The position numbers and the translations under genes are program-made. DNA of 44,713 nt, taken from the IMG/VR virus record IMGVR_UViG_2531839450_000015; one strand, given 5' to 3'. Below, piece by piece: positions 20,624-30,189 of this stretch (position 1 is its first letter; the number at the start of each line of letters is the position of its first letter). The notes beneath the pieces are model-generated. The model was not told the DNA's origin, searched no databases, and saw only the letters and a program-made list of their open reading frames with translations. Source of the DNA: a virus. Its lineage: Duplodnaviria; Heunggongvirae; Uroviricota; Caudoviricetes.

Positions 20624-22543
20624 TTATCCTCCACTCAGAGCAGCCGCGATTTCTTCAATAGTCATTTCATCGTCGTCCTGTTCATCTCTTCTGGCGCGGG
20701 CCAGTGCATCCAGATCCAGTTGCCACCGCTGAACGGAAATGCGCAGCGCTGCATAGGCATACACCAGACAGTCCAGAGCTTCATTACGCCGTTTTCTGGC
20801 ATCCCACTGGAGTTTCACCCGCCCGTTCACAACTTTTTCAACCAGCTCTTCTGCCACGAGTTGTTTAGCTTCAACATCAGAAAAAATGTCCGGGTTATCC
20901 GGAAAACGGAAGGTATACGGTGCGACTTCACTGGCAGATACCACCGGCAGGGCAAAACGCGCATACAGCATTTCCTTGACGGTATCGGAACCCACCTCAC
21001 ACAAAAACACCCCACGCTGGTTTCGCTTTTTTGGCATGGTGATCACCGGCTTGCCGTACACCGACGCCCCTTTGATGGGGAGCACAAAAAAAGTGCCGTG
21101 TTTTCTGGATCGCTGATACACAATGTCCTGGTCAATACCACCGGTATCCCAGCAGACGCGGGAAATGGAAATTTCAGTGCCATCTGCATGACGGTATTTT
21201 TTCCGGATCACGGCATCAACGCGTTTAAGGGTGTCCTCATCTTCCGGTCTCCCCATGATGATCTGCTTGTCAATCAGAAAAGCTTCTTCGCCAGGAGCCC
21301 AGCCCCAGACATAAATCTCATAACGGTTTTTCTGAGAGTCGATCCCTGCGGTCAGGTAAACCACCCGCAGGGGAACCTGCGCATCATAGTGGCAGACTTT
21401 TTCCAGCAATAACTCAAAGCTCAGTTTTTCTGCCACAGCCTCTTCATAAGGCTCCCCCAGCGTGGTGTTAATGAACGTCTTGACGCCATTCGGATCCTTC
21501 AGTGCATCAAGCCAGTCATAAACAATCTGTACCCAGGTGGTGAACGGGCTGTATGCCGTCCAGATGTGGTACGAGATTGAGCGCGGTGGCGGGATTTCCT
21601 CATCACCGGCGCTGTAAAATGTCAGACCGTCACGCGTCCACATCCCGGTATTGTCACAAATCCACCGCCCGTCGGTCTGGTCAAGTTCCGACTGACGGAT
21701 CGCGCAGCCATTATGTTCACACAGGTAATACACCGTCTCCGGCTTGCCCTTCTCCCATTTCAGGCCAAAGGTTGTCGCATCATCGCCAAACTTCAGATAC
21801 TGGGCTTCACCACAATGAGGGCATGGCACATAAAACCGCATAAAATGTGCAGATTCGTTCGCGGCTTTTTCAATCTGGCAAAAACCTTTAATTTTGGGCG
21901 TTGAGCCGCGTATGGATTTAGGCCATACCGAACCTTCGATACGCTTATCGCCAAGCAGAGTTGGTGAACCTTCTTTTTCCACATCCGGTTCAAACGAGGA
22001 GAGTTCGTCATAGCAGACCACATCCACAGATTTTTCACGGTAGTTTTTGGCAGCAGCTCCGCCCAGACACCAGAATCCCACACCGGAGGAGAAACGTTTC
22101 AGGGTAAGCGTGTTGTCCCGATGTTTTCTGCCAAACCACGGAGCCAGCTCCAGTAATACAGGAACGTCTCTTATCGTTGGTTCGACATGGGATTTCATAA
22201 AATCTTCTGCCGCAGAATCTGTCGGCTGAAAAAGCAGGCTGTTACGGGATTTGTGTTCAATAAAATAAGCCTCCACCCCCAACAGCATTTTGGTGTAACC
22301 AACACGCGCCGATTTAATCAGATTAACGGTGCGGATCCGGTCATTCCCCATGCTGTTCATGATGGCAACCTGAAACGGCAGTGTTTCCCATTGCCCGGGA
22401 GTATATGAAGACTCTTTTGGCAGATAATAATGCTGATCAGCCCACTGAACTGTCGTCAGTGGTACCGGAATATTGAGAGATACAAGCCCTGTTGCTATCG
22501 CACCGGCTGCATTAGCTGCCTTCTGTGCGTCTGAAATCATCAA
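20624..22543 (-). CDS. A: Terminase large subunit A
   Basis: 639 aa; [27 protein letters not shown], a Walker-type ATPase region and C-terminal nuclease region match lambda gpA. Confidence 0.95.
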   Translation of the reverse strand: MMISDAQKAANAAGAIATGLVSLNIPVPLTTVQWADQHYYLPKESSYTPGQWETLPFQVAIMNSMGNDRIRTVNLIKSARVGYTKMLLGVEAYFIEHKSRNSLLFQPTDSAAEDFMKSHVEPTIRDVPVLLELAPWFGRKHRDNTLTLKRFSSGVGFWCLGGAAAKNYREKSVDVVCYDELSSFEPDVEKEGSPTLLGDKRIEGSVWPKSIRGSTPKIKGFCQIEKAANESAHFMRFYVPCPHCGEAQYLKFGDDATTFGLKWEKGKPETVYYLCEHNGCAIRQSELDQTDGRWICDNTGMWTRDGLTFYSAGDEEIPPPRSISYHIWTAYSPFTTWVQIVYDWLDALKDPNGVKTFINTTLGEPYEEAVAEKLSFELLLEKVCHYDAQVPLRVVYLTAGIDSQKNRYEIYVWGWAPGEEAFLIDKQIIMGRPEDEDTLKRVDAVIRKKYRHADGTEISISRVCWDTGGIDQDIVYQRSRKHGTFFVLPIKGASVYGKPVITMPKKRNQRGVFLCEVGSDTVKEMLYARFALPVVSASEVAPYTFRFPDNPDIFSDVEAKQLVAEELVEKVVNGRVKLQWDARKRRNEALDCLVYAYAALRISVQRWQLDLDALARARRDEQDDDEMTIEEIAAALSGG

Positions 22544-23060
22544 TCCACCCGCCTACGTTCTCACCAGCTTTAGCTGCAACGTTGGAGGCTTTTGCGATTT
22601 CAGTTTTCACCACATCAAGGTGTGACGGTGAAATATCCGGATATTTACGCTGTAATGTCAGCGGCACACGTACAAGTATCCCCGAAATCTCCTGTGCCAC
22701 ACGTTGCAGAATGAAGGTAAACAATTCCGTTTCCAGTACCAGCCCTTCTTCGCGGGCATTTTTCAGTTCCTGTGCATCAGCCTGTGCTTTTGTGAGTCGG
22801 TAGCGCTCATAGTCAATGGTGCCGGGTTGTAAATCTGATTCCGCAGCCGCACGCAAATCCTCGGTCTCTTTGCGGAGTTTTTCGTTTTCAATATCGGCTT
22901 CGCGCTGCGCATACCACTGAATTGCCATGGCGGTATCAAATACAGATTCAACCCCCTTACTACCACCAGAGACACAAGAGAGCCCCTGAGACTGCCAGCG
23001 TTCAATCGTTCGTGGATCCACGTTGAAAATTTCCGCGAGCTTCTTTTTATTAACCTTCAT
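22512..23060 (-). CDS. Nu1: Terminase small subunit Nu1
   Basis: Start refined to ATG at 23060 ([27 protein letters not shown]). Winged-HTH N-terminus and [10 protein letters not shown] match lambda Nu1. Confidence 0.9.
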   Translation of the reverse strand: MKVNKKKLAEIFNVDPRTIERWQSQGLSCVSGGSKGVESVFDTAMAIQWYAQREADIENEKLRKETEDLRAAAESDLQPGTIDYERYRLTKAQADAQELKNAREEGLVLETELFTFILQRVAQEISGILVRVPLTLQRKYPDISPSHLDVVKTEIAKASNVAAKAGENVGGWIDDFRRTEGS

Positions 23061-23214
23061 AAAACATTTCCATATCAAATGCAGGGTCCGACATGGAAGT
23101 GCTCAAAAACGTCTTTTTCGGGCACTTTCATGTCGGACCTTTTACGGATGTGATTGATGAAAAAACAATGAGTTATACACGAGAAGTACCGACACGCTTT
23201 TTCCCGAAAAATTT

Positions 23215-23260
23215 TCATAAATAGCGAAAATCCGCGCCGCTGCCGCCCCGTGGCAGACCA
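23215..23260 (-). promoter_or_regulatory. cos: cos site (cosN with the start of cosB)
   Basis: Minus-strand sequence GGGGCGGCAGCGGCGCGGATTTTCGCTATTTATGAAAATTTTTCGGG is colinear with the lambda left end (GGGCGGCGACCTCGCGGGTTTTCGCTATTTATGAAAATTTTCCGG, from memory), about 180 bp upstream of Nu1. Confidence 0.6.
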
Positions 23261-23743
23261 CCCCACCGGAAGGACCCGTACAAATAGAGTTATTATTAAT
23301 TACATTTACAGTAGGAATGATGTACATCATTGAAACACCATTCAGTCATATACCGACAGCATTCGGTGTTGCACTTCATAACTCTGCGACTACGGTTATA
23401 AAAGCATTGGCTACTTTTGCCACCGGCAAATCTTCAATGGATTTCCCCTGCCGGTTTTTTATTTTCATCGATGCATAACATTGCTTTTACATCAATAGCA
23501 GCTATTGTCAGTAGTATGTTGTATCGATGCATGGGTGGTATTGGCGATCTTCGCCGACCGGTTCTGTGTAGCTCCCTATGACCGGTTTTTTTATTTCTAA
23601 GATTATAGAAGTCCTTCACTGTATGAAGGACTTCTATAACGCTTCTTACTTTGTAATTTTCGCACCTTCCGGTAATTCCATAGGTTAAAAAAACCTCATA
23701 ATCTCTGACAATTTGATCCTACCCACGTAATATGGACACAGGC

Positions 23744-24610
23744 CTAAGCGAGGTTCTGGTTTTCAAATTGTTCCGGACTGAGGCCGCCACACCAACTGTG
23801 CCGCCGCCACCGATTGTAATCACATTCGATATAATTAAACACCGTTGCCCGCATTATTTCCCGGCTGATAAAGTGTTCTCCATGGATACATTCCACTTTC
23901 AGCGAATGAAAGAAGCTTTCCACGCAGGCATTATCGTAGCAGCAACCTTTTGCGCTCATACTTCCACGCAGATTATGCCGTTTCTGTTGCGCCTGATAAT
24001 CTGCTGAACAGTACTGGCCTCCACGGTCCGTGTGAACGATAACGTTCCGGGGCCTCTTACGCCGCCACAGCGCCATCTGCAGGGCATCGCAGGCCAGTTG
24101 CGCCGTCATGCGTGGCGACATTGACCAGCCAATAACGGCACGTGACCACAGGTCAATGACCACTGCCAGATACAGCCAGCCTTCATCTGTACGTAAGTAC
24201 GTGATGTCTCCTGCCCACTTCTGGTTCGGGCCACTGGCGTAAAAATCCTGCTCCAACAGATTTTCTGACACAGGCAGGCCGTGTGCGCGGTAGCTGACCG
24301 GGCTGAACTTCCGGGAGGCCTTTGCCCTCAGTCCCTGACGGCGCAGGCTTGCCGCCACGGTTTTTACGTTAAAGGGGTAACCCTGAGCACGCAGTTCATC
24401 CGTCAGGCGTGGGGCACCGTAACGCTGTTTTGACCGGGTAAAAGCCGCGAGGACAACGCTGTCGCAGTGTTGGCGGAACTGCTGACGCGTGCTTATCCTT
24501 GTCCGCCGCTGACACCACGTATACCAGCCGCTGCGGGCCACCCGGAGCACGCGGCACATTGCTTTGATGCTGAACTCAGCCTGATGTTTTTCAATAAAGA
24601 CATACTTCAT
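23744..24610 (-). CDS. insF: IS3 transposase OrfB (DDE integrase core)
   Basis: 288 aa; [31 protein letters not shown] and [11 protein letters not shown] motifs of IS3-family OrfB. Confidence 0.9.
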   Translation of the reverse strand: MKYVFIEKHQAEFSIKAMCRVLRVARSGWYTWCQRRTRISTRQQFRQHCDSVVLAAFTRSKQRYGAPRLTDELRAQGYPFNVKTVAASLRRQGLRAKASRKFSPVSYRAHGLPVSENLLEQDFYASGPNQKWAGDITYLRTDEGWLYLAVVIDLWSRAVIGWSMSPRMTAQLACDALQMALWRRKRPRNVIVHTDRGGQYCSADYQAQQKRHNLRGSMSAKGCCYDNACVESFFHSLKVECIHGEHFISREIMRATVFNYIECDYNRWRRHSWCGGLSPEQFENQNLA

Positions 24611-24915
24611 TTCAGGCGCTTCGCGAAGTATGTCGCGGCCTTTTGGAGGATAGCCAGCTCTTCATCCCGTTCTGCCAGCTGGCGTTTGAGACGTGCAATC
24701 TCGGTAGACATCTCCAGTTCACGTTCAGAAGACGTCTGCTGATTTTGCTGTTTACTGCGCCAGTTGTAGAGCTGTGATTCATACAGGCTGAGTTCACGGG
24801 CTGCGGCAGTAACACCGATGCGTTCAGCAAGCTTCAGGGCTTCACTGCGAAATTCAGGCGAATGCTGTTTACGGGGTTTTTTACTGGTTGATACTGTTTT
24901 TGTCATGTGAGTCAC
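24607..24915 (-). CDS. insE: IS3 transposase OrfA (HTH)
   Basis: [50 protein letters not shown]. Ends at the A-rich CAAAAGG frameshift window overlapping orfB. Confidence 0.9.
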   Translation of the reverse strand: MTHMTKTVSTSKKPRKQHSPEFRSEALKLAERIGVTAAARELSLYESQLYNWRSKQQNQQTSSERELEMSTEIARLKRQLAERDEELAILQKAATYFAKRLK

Positions 24916-25068
24916 CTCTGACTGAGAGTTTACTCACTTAGCCGCGTGTCCACTATTGCTGGGTAAGATCAATTATCATCCACACAGGATAAAGACATCT
25001 GACCAGATTGCAGTATTAAAAGCTCTCATGCAGACTACGCACCCCATATCATATACAAGGTTATACTG

Positions 25069-25479
25069 ATGGCTCAGGTTGCCCTTTTTAAAGAAATATT
25101 TGATCAAGTGCGGAAAGATTTAAACTGTGACCGATTTTACTCTGAACTAAAACGTCACAATGTCTCACATTACATTTACTATTTAGCCACAGGTAATATT
25201 CACGTTGTATTGAAAAATGATAACGCAGTGTTAATAAAAGGACTTGAGGAGGTTGTGAATGTTAAATTTCGCAGAGACACGCGACTTATAGAAACTTACT
25301 CTCATAAGTTGAAATCAAGAGAAATCACATTTCATGAATACAGGGAAAATCTGGCTAAGGCTGGAGTTTTCCGATGGGTTACAAATGTCCATGAACACAA
25401 AAGGTATTACTATACCTTTGACAACTCATTATTGTTTACCGAAAGCATTCAGAACACGACACAATTTTTTCCACGCTAA
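25069..25479 (+). CDS. DUF1398-type protein (resembles DLP12 YbcV by recollection)
   Basis: 136-aa ORF next to bor on the same strand, as ybcV is in DLP12. Family assignment is from memory of the YbcV sequence. Confidence 0.55.
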   Translation: MAQVALFKEIFDQVRKDLNCDRFYSELKRHNVSHYIYYLATGNIHVVLKNDNAVLIKGLEEVVNVKFRRDTRLIETYSHKLKSREITFHEYRENLAKAGVFRWVTNVHEHKRYYYTFDNSLLFTESIQNTTQFFPR

Positions 25480-25703
25480 ACCATATCGCCCGGTTTAATC
25501 CCCCTCACTATCCGGCACTCCCACACAGGAGTTACCAGTCGGTACTGAGGACATAGTTAATCCGGGAATACAATGAAAATACAGCACATCTGGCATACTT
25601 TAATAAACATTAAAAATATGAGATTTCAACTCATTGTTTAGGTTTTGTTTAAATTTCTACAAATACGATTCAACAACCTTAAAAACACAACGGGAATAAC
25701 ACT

Positions 25704-25997
25704 ATGAAAAAAACGCTACTCACTTTCACGCTGGCCCTGCTTATCTCTGGATGTGCTCAACAGACGTTTACTGTTGAAAACCAACCGACAACAGTAACAC
25801 CGAAGGAAACCATCACTCATCATTTCTTCGTTTCTGGAATTGGTCAGAAGAAAACTGTCGATGCAGCCAAAATTTGTGGTGGCGCAGAAAAAGTTGTTAA
25901 GACTGAAACCCAGCAAACATTCGTAAATGGATTGCTCGGTTTTATCACTTTCGGCATTTATACTCCGCTGGAAGCTCGGGTATATTGCTCACAATAA
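25704..25997 (+). CDS. bor: Bor lipoprotein (Bor/Iss serum-resistance family)
   Basis: 97 aa with a lipobox (LLISGCAQQ). ETITHHFFVSGIGQKKTVDAAKICGGAE and TPLEARVYCSQ match lambda Bor. Opposite strand to the late operon, as in lambda. Confidence 0.9.
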   Translation: MKKTLLTFTLALLISGCAQQTFTVENQPTTVTPKETITHHFFVSGIGQKKTVDAAKICGGAEKVVKTETQQTFVNGLLGFITFGIYTPLEARVYCSQ

Positions 25998-26006
25998 TAT
26001 CATAAG

Positions 26007-26028
26007 TTGCCCATCTCGATGGGCAACT
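26007..26028 (+). terminator. Hairpin downstream of bor (GTTGCCCATC..GATGGGCAAC), possible terminator
   Basis: Near-perfect 10-bp dyad directly after the bor stop codon. U-tract is weak on the plus strand and more T/A-rich on the minus strand. Confidence 0.4.
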
Positions 26029-26314
26029 CTATCTGCACTTGATGCGCAAATAACAACCTCCAAAAGAAAAATAGCAAAAGCAGACCGTGTCACATAAAGA
26101 CGTGCAGTTACTTTCTTTTCTATTCCTTTCATAACGGACGGCTTTAAAAGAAGATTTATACGATCTGCCGAGGATTTTTCTCTGTACTCACTGATTCATA
26201 TTCTCCTCTTTGTTTGGTATAAAAACCGAACTCTTTCTCCAGTCGTTTTTCTTGTTCGGTAAGTCTAATAACAAGCTAACCGCAGGTTGGATTTACTGGC
26301 CTCATTAATGCCAA

Positions 26315-26860
26315 CTACACCACCACGCGCTCTTTCATCCAGCCATACACGAACGATTCATTAGCCTCACGTTTTTCTGCCAGTTCAAGGTAGCGATCTC
26401 CCTGCGTACAGTTTAGCGCTGTCAGAATCACCAACTCACCATCCCTGCCACGTTTTGACAAATAGGCGCGTAACGCATTAATGGTACGTGGGCCGATACA
26501 ACCATCTGCATCAATGTCCGGATACAACTCTCCTTTCTGGTTAAATACATTAAGCCAGCGCTGAAGCATTCTGGATGCCACTGACGGCCCCATGTTTACG
26601 CCGGTATCACACAATTCAGCAGCGATCTCCGGAGACAGGCTCGCAACCTTGTGAAAACGTGGCCCGTACCAGTAGTCCGCTTCAAGAATTTCGAGGGCCT
26701 GCCCACGCGTCAGGTCACGAATATCCCCCTGATAACCGTGTGCACGGGCAACTTTTCCAGTAATGCCCCATTTAGTCGGACCACCTTTATCATCAGGGTG
26801 GTTGACGTAGCCGCCCTCTTTGCCAAGAACAGCATCAAAAATTTCATCTTTCGACTTCAT
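26315..26860 (-). CDS. Endolysin, glycoside hydrolase family 108-like with C-terminal peptidoglycan-binding domain
   Basis: EGGYVNHPDDKGGPTKWGIT motif typical of GH108 N-terminal domains. Start refined to ATG at 26860. Third gene of the lysis cassette. Confidence 0.65.
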   Translation of the reverse strand: MKSKDEIFDAVLGKEGGYVNHPDDKGGPTKWGITGKVARAHGYQGDIRDLTRGQALEILEADYWYGPRFHKVASLSPEIAAELCDTGVNMGPSVASRMLQRWLNVFNQKGELYPDIDADGCIGPRTINALRAYLSKRGRDGELVILTALNCTQGDRYLELAEKREANESFVYGWMKERVVV

Positions 26861-26861
26861 C

Positions 26862-27140
26862 TCAGCGCCTTCGTAATACAAAGATTTTTGAAACGTTCCC
26901 ACGAGCACGAACCACCAGCACGCAGAACAGCAGGTTAAAAAACACTTCCAGCCAGCCCGTTGCTAACGGGCGACCACACAGATAGCTGAGGGGCGCAAAG
27001 GCATACAGCAGCATCAGCAACCAGGCCAGCCATGACATCAGCGGTTTATGTCTGGAATCACGACGACGATAAAAAAAGAGCGTCAGCACGATAACCGTGC
27101 ATAACGCCACATTCAGCAATCCGGGAAGGTTACTTAACAT
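26862..27140 (-). CDS. Small multi-pass membrane protein in the lysis cassette (second holin or antiholin-like)
   Basis: 92 aa from ATG at 27140, with 2 to 3 hydrophobic helices and a charged C-terminus (RARGNVSKIFVLRRR). Sits between the holin and endolysin. Confidence 0.45.
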   Translation of the reverse strand: MLSNLPGLLNVALCTVIVLTLFFYRRRDSRHKPLMSWLAWLLMLLYAFAPLSYLCGRPLATGWLEVFFNLLFCVLVVRARGNVSKIFVLRRR

Positions 27141-27522
27141 TGCCGCCTCCTCCACCCCGCAGGCGGGAGAACAGGCCGGACACCAGCGATGCAATATCCT
27201 GCTGGTGGATGAACGAGAGAATCTTCACCGACACCACCGCCACCAGCACCGCACACAGTGCATCCGCCGATGTACCGTCATAACCTGTTTTTGATGCAAT
27301 CCAGGCTGACAGCACATGCGCACCCAGCACGCCAACGATAAACGACACCAGAAAATGCGCTGCCACACGCCAGGCAGATAGTGCCTGCGGCATTGTGGCC
27401 ACAAACAGCGCCCCGGCAAATGCGCCAAACACAATCCCGAAATCCGTTCCGGTAAACAGCCCGAATACCGTCGCCCCGCCGAGCGCCGCAGCCGTGCCGG
27501 AACCGGATAAGGGTTCAGACAT
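27130..27522 (-). CDS. Putative holin
   Basis: 130 aa from ATG at 27522 with upstream AGGAG. Gly/Ala-rich hydrophobic helices and first position in the lysis cassette. Confidence 0.55.
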   Translation of the reverse strand: MSEPLSGSGTAAALGGATVFGLFTGTDFGIVFGAFAGALFVATMPQALSAWRVAAHFLVSFIVGVLGAHVLSAWIASKTGYDGTSADALCAVLVAVVSVKILSFIHQQDIASLVSGLFSRLRGGGGGNVK

Positions 27523-27701
27523 ACTTTTTCTCCTGTAAATAAAAAAGGGCCACTGTCGGCCCGTAAAAAAACAACACCCCGTCAAAGGCACCCGCAGATA
27601 CCTTTTGTGTGGTGTTATCTGATGTGATGTACGCCGGACGTGGCGCGGATATAAAAAAGGCCCGCCGCAGCGAGCCTGTTTTCAATGAGTGCAAAATTCA
27701 A

Positions 27702-28445
27702 TTATTCTTGAGTAACACTTAAACTCATCTCATTGAATGCAGCCATCCTGTAACCTGCCGGTGTAACACCAAAATAACTCCTGAATACGCTGATAAAATA
27801 AGATGTAAAATTATAGCCACACTGAGCAGCGATTCTGTTGATGGCGCAACGAGATTGATTCAACAGCATTGCTGCCATTCTCATTCTCTCTGTAAGCAAC
27901 AACTCACTGAAACAGGTGCCTTCTTCTTTCAGTCTTTTTTTTAACAAACTTTCACTGATACATAACCGCGAAGACACATCTCTCAGAGTCCAGTTTGCTG
28001 CAATGTCCGTACGAAACAATGCACTAAGCCTGTCACTAATATTGCCAATACACGCGGTCAGAAACGACGAAAACATTTTCTCTGATGAGAAAAACGCCAG
28101 ACACGAAAAGGAAAGCATTTCCGCTAAATTGTCCGTATGAATCTTTTCCTCACAAAGATAATCAATCAGGATGCCCATCAATTCTGCCTTGGGAAAACTC
28201 ACGCAAAGATATCGTGGTATTTGCCGGACTAAAACTACATCCTGTTTTTCGTCTCCACACAACAGGTAACGGATAATTGTCGATTCACTGAGACTTATTC
28301 GCCGAAAACATTCCGAAAAGGGCAATAACGATCCAGCTCCCCCCCTGACAAGAAGTGCACTACCACTTTCCAGAGAGAGCTCTTTTCCTTCAAAGAGCAC
28401 AACAAACGGGGAATGAACAAAAACAACAGAACAAGCTTCATTCAT
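27702..28445 (-). CDS. AraC/XylS-family transcriptional regulator (moron)
   Basis: C-terminal AraC-type HTH (WTLRDVSSRLCISESLLKKRLKEEGT...IAAQCGYNFTSYFISVFRSYFGVTPAGY). Low-GC, AT-rich gene. Start may be 28445 or 28505. Confidence 0.8.
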   Translation of the reverse strand: MNEACSVVFVHSPFVVLFEGKELSLESGSALLVRGGAGSLLPFSECFRRISLSESTIIRYLLCGDEKQDVVLVRQIPRYLCVSFPKAELMGILIDYLCEEKIHTDNLAEMLSFSCLAFFSSEKMFSSFLTACIGNISDRLSALFRTDIAANWTLRDVSSRLCISESLLKKRLKEEGTCFSELLLTERMRMAAMLLNQSRCAINRIAAQCGYNFTSYFISVFRSYFGVTPAGYRMAAFNEMSLSVTQE

Positions 28446-28667
28446 ATCAATTGCCCTGACATTACTGGTCACAAGATAAGTATATATCGATTTACAAAAA
28501 TACAAGCCGAAAGACCAGTATTCGCAACCACCAGCGCGTTTAACGTCCTGTACCGTTTTTCAGGCATAAAAAACCCGCTCAGTGGCGGGTTTAAGCTGTT
28601 TGGCGTAGTAACCACTCTTAACAGGATATTCAACTTTTTACGATCGTAAAGCGTTCGGGGAAAATTT

Positions 28668-29156
28668 TTAAAACCGTTCCAGAGTGCATACCATCGCATC
28701 GGCGGGTAGTTTTTCCGTGAAGTCAACCTGACCGTGTTTATCGAAGTGGATCAGTAATGCGCATCCATCATTTTGGGTTGGGGTGTTTTGTGCTGCTGGT
28801 GGTTGTTTTTGGCTGAAATAACAGTCTTCCAGTTTTTCGAACACTTCCCACGCCTGATCGGTTTCCAGCATTTTGGCGTGACGGGCTGCTCCGCGTTCTG
28901 TCCAGAGGATGAGGTGCTTTGTACGCGGTGCAACTAAGTTACTTTGAGTAACCTTGTTCTTAAATTCCCGCAACTCAGCCCCTTCCAATTTGAAGTAGTG
29001 TTTCCCACAAACAAAACGCTCGGCATTGCGTGTATAGTTCACTTTGATGTTATTAGTTTCGGTGCCATAAAGTTGTGCCAAAAGCTCGGTAGTAATGACA
29101 GGGATTTGGTTATGGGTGATCGGGGAAAGAGTTTCAACTGAGATTTGAATAGCCAT
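28668..29156 (-). CDS. ORF6N-domain protein (antirepressor-like family)
   Basis: LLAQLYGTETNNIKVNYTRNAERFVCGKHYFKLEGAELREFK fits the ORF6N consensus pattern (LAxLYGxET...RNxERF...F.L...EL) as I recall it. Confidence 0.55.
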   Translation of the reverse strand: MAIQISVETLSPITHNQIPVITTELLAQLYGTETNNIKVNYTRNAERFVCGKHYFKLEGAELREFKNKVTQSNLVAPRTKHLILWTERGAARHAKMLETDQAWEVFEKLEDCYFSQKQPPAAQNTPTQNDGCALLIHFDKHGQVDFTEKLPADAMVCTLERF

Positions 29157-29315
29157 AGGATGATCCTTTTTCTATGTGAATCATCACCACTGCTGACGCC
29201 AATCAGTATGGTGGTGAACTGTGCAGGGTTGGCGTAACCGGGAAAAAGGAACCGGCGCGGATCGCTCCGCCCCCACACAGCCCACCATTGAGATGTGACA
29301 GTGCAAACGACAATA

Positions 29316-29340
29316 AAAAAGACGCTGGCGCGTCTGTTGT
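29316..29340 (-). terminator. tR'-like intrinsic terminator downstream of Q
   Basis: Minus-strand AGACGC-GCCA-GCGTCT followed by TTTTTTATT, located between the Q stop and the first late gene. Confidence 0.5.
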
Positions 29341-29429
29341 CGCCTTTTTCATCCGGGACGCCAATCCCGACGCCAGATTTTGCTGGCGCGTGAGGAATAT
29401 AGCCCCGGACAATGTGTCTGGTCAAGCTC

Positions 29430-29825
29430 CTACATGATTCGTTCTACGTATCTGTCCATCTCCAGTCGGATATCAAGCATCATCAACATGCCATCAATAA
29501 CCCCTTCCGCTTTCTGCAGGCGCTTGCCAATACAGGTATCCGAACACCCATGCTTTCGTGCCAACCCCATAAAAGTCATTCCACCTACGTAATAATCCAC
29601 CAACAAATCGTGCAAATCCTGATTTTTCTTGTTCAACCGGGCCATACAGCCACAAATTATCATTGCATCATCATCAGAACACTGAGGGCGTGATTTCACT
29701 TTCGGCGGGATTAATCCTTTAAAACCAGCAGCGATTGACGCCCATGACACATCTTCGTGATTGTTCGCAGCCCATGCTCCCCACCGCTCCATAACCTGCT
29801 GAATATCACGCACCATCGTTATCAC
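29430..29825 (-). CDS. Q: Late antiterminator Q (phage-82 / QuuD type)
   Basis: [26 protein letters not shown] and [14 protein letters not shown] match the Q antitermination family of DLP12 QuuD and phage 82. Confidence 0.8.
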   Translation of the reverse strand: MITMVRDIQQVMERWGAWAANNHEDVSWASIAAGFKGLIPPKVKSRPQCSDDDAMIICGCMARLNKKNQDLHDLLVDYYVGGMTFMGLARKHGCSDTCIGKRLQKAEGVIDGMLMMLDIRLEMDRYVERIM

Positions 29826-30177
29826 CTGTAATTTCGTAAATCTTCACGCCCAACCGCCCACCAGGAACAGGCAGTCCGCGCACAATATTGATTTCATCAA
29901 ACTGCTCGTCGTCTATAAGTAGTCCGGCATGCGTCAGCGCATCCAGTGGTGCCTTCAGGATATTGTCCAGGTCGCGGCGGCGCTTATCCGGTGGCTCTGC
30001 AATAATTTTTATTGCCAGCCTTCCGGACAGGTTTAATTTCAGTCGCTGCTGGCGAACAATAAGCGCCACATCACGGCGATAACGCTCACCGGCTTTTGAT
30101 ACAAAATATGTGCTGCCACGACGTCGCCAGTAGGTGTTCACCGTTGGCGGGTAAGGCAAAACAAATTCTATCCCCAT
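29806..30177 (-). CDS. rusA: Holliday junction resolvase RusA
   Basis: [13 protein letters not shown] and [20 protein letters not shown], the RusA catalytic Asp-containing motif. Confidence 0.9.
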   Translation of the reverse strand: MGIEFVLPYPPTVNTYWRRRGSTYFVSKAGERYRRDVALIVRQQRLKLNLSGRLAIKIIAEPPDKRRRDLDNILKAPLDALTHAGLLIDDEQFDEINIVRGLPVPGGRLGVKIYEITGDNDGA

Positions 30178-30189
30178 CAGTAACCTCTT

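Larger units (their letters stand above)
23714..24971 (-). mobile_element. IS3: IS3 insertion sequence, complete (1258 bp), with 3-bp target site duplication ATT
   Basis: Terminal inverted repeats TGATCCTACCCAC (23714 onward) and GCTGGGTAAGATCA (ending 24971). Overlapping orfA/orfB in a -1 arrangement. Flanking ATT at 23711..23713 and 24972..24974. Confidence 0.9.

Noticed and set aside
20606-21412. 268-aa plus-strand ORF antisense to terminase A
   Set aside because: Fully contained in the terminase large subunit gene on the other strand, with no independent support.
23434-23619. 61-aa minus-strand ORF between cos and IS3
   Set aside because: No ribosome-binding site or recognisable features; it lies in the cosQ-proximal non-coding region.
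26043-26132. 49-codon minus-strand ORF between the endolysin and bor as a candidate Rz-like spanin
   Set aside because: No SD, no lipobox or signal anchor, and it overlaps the bor terminator hairpin; more likely a chance frame.
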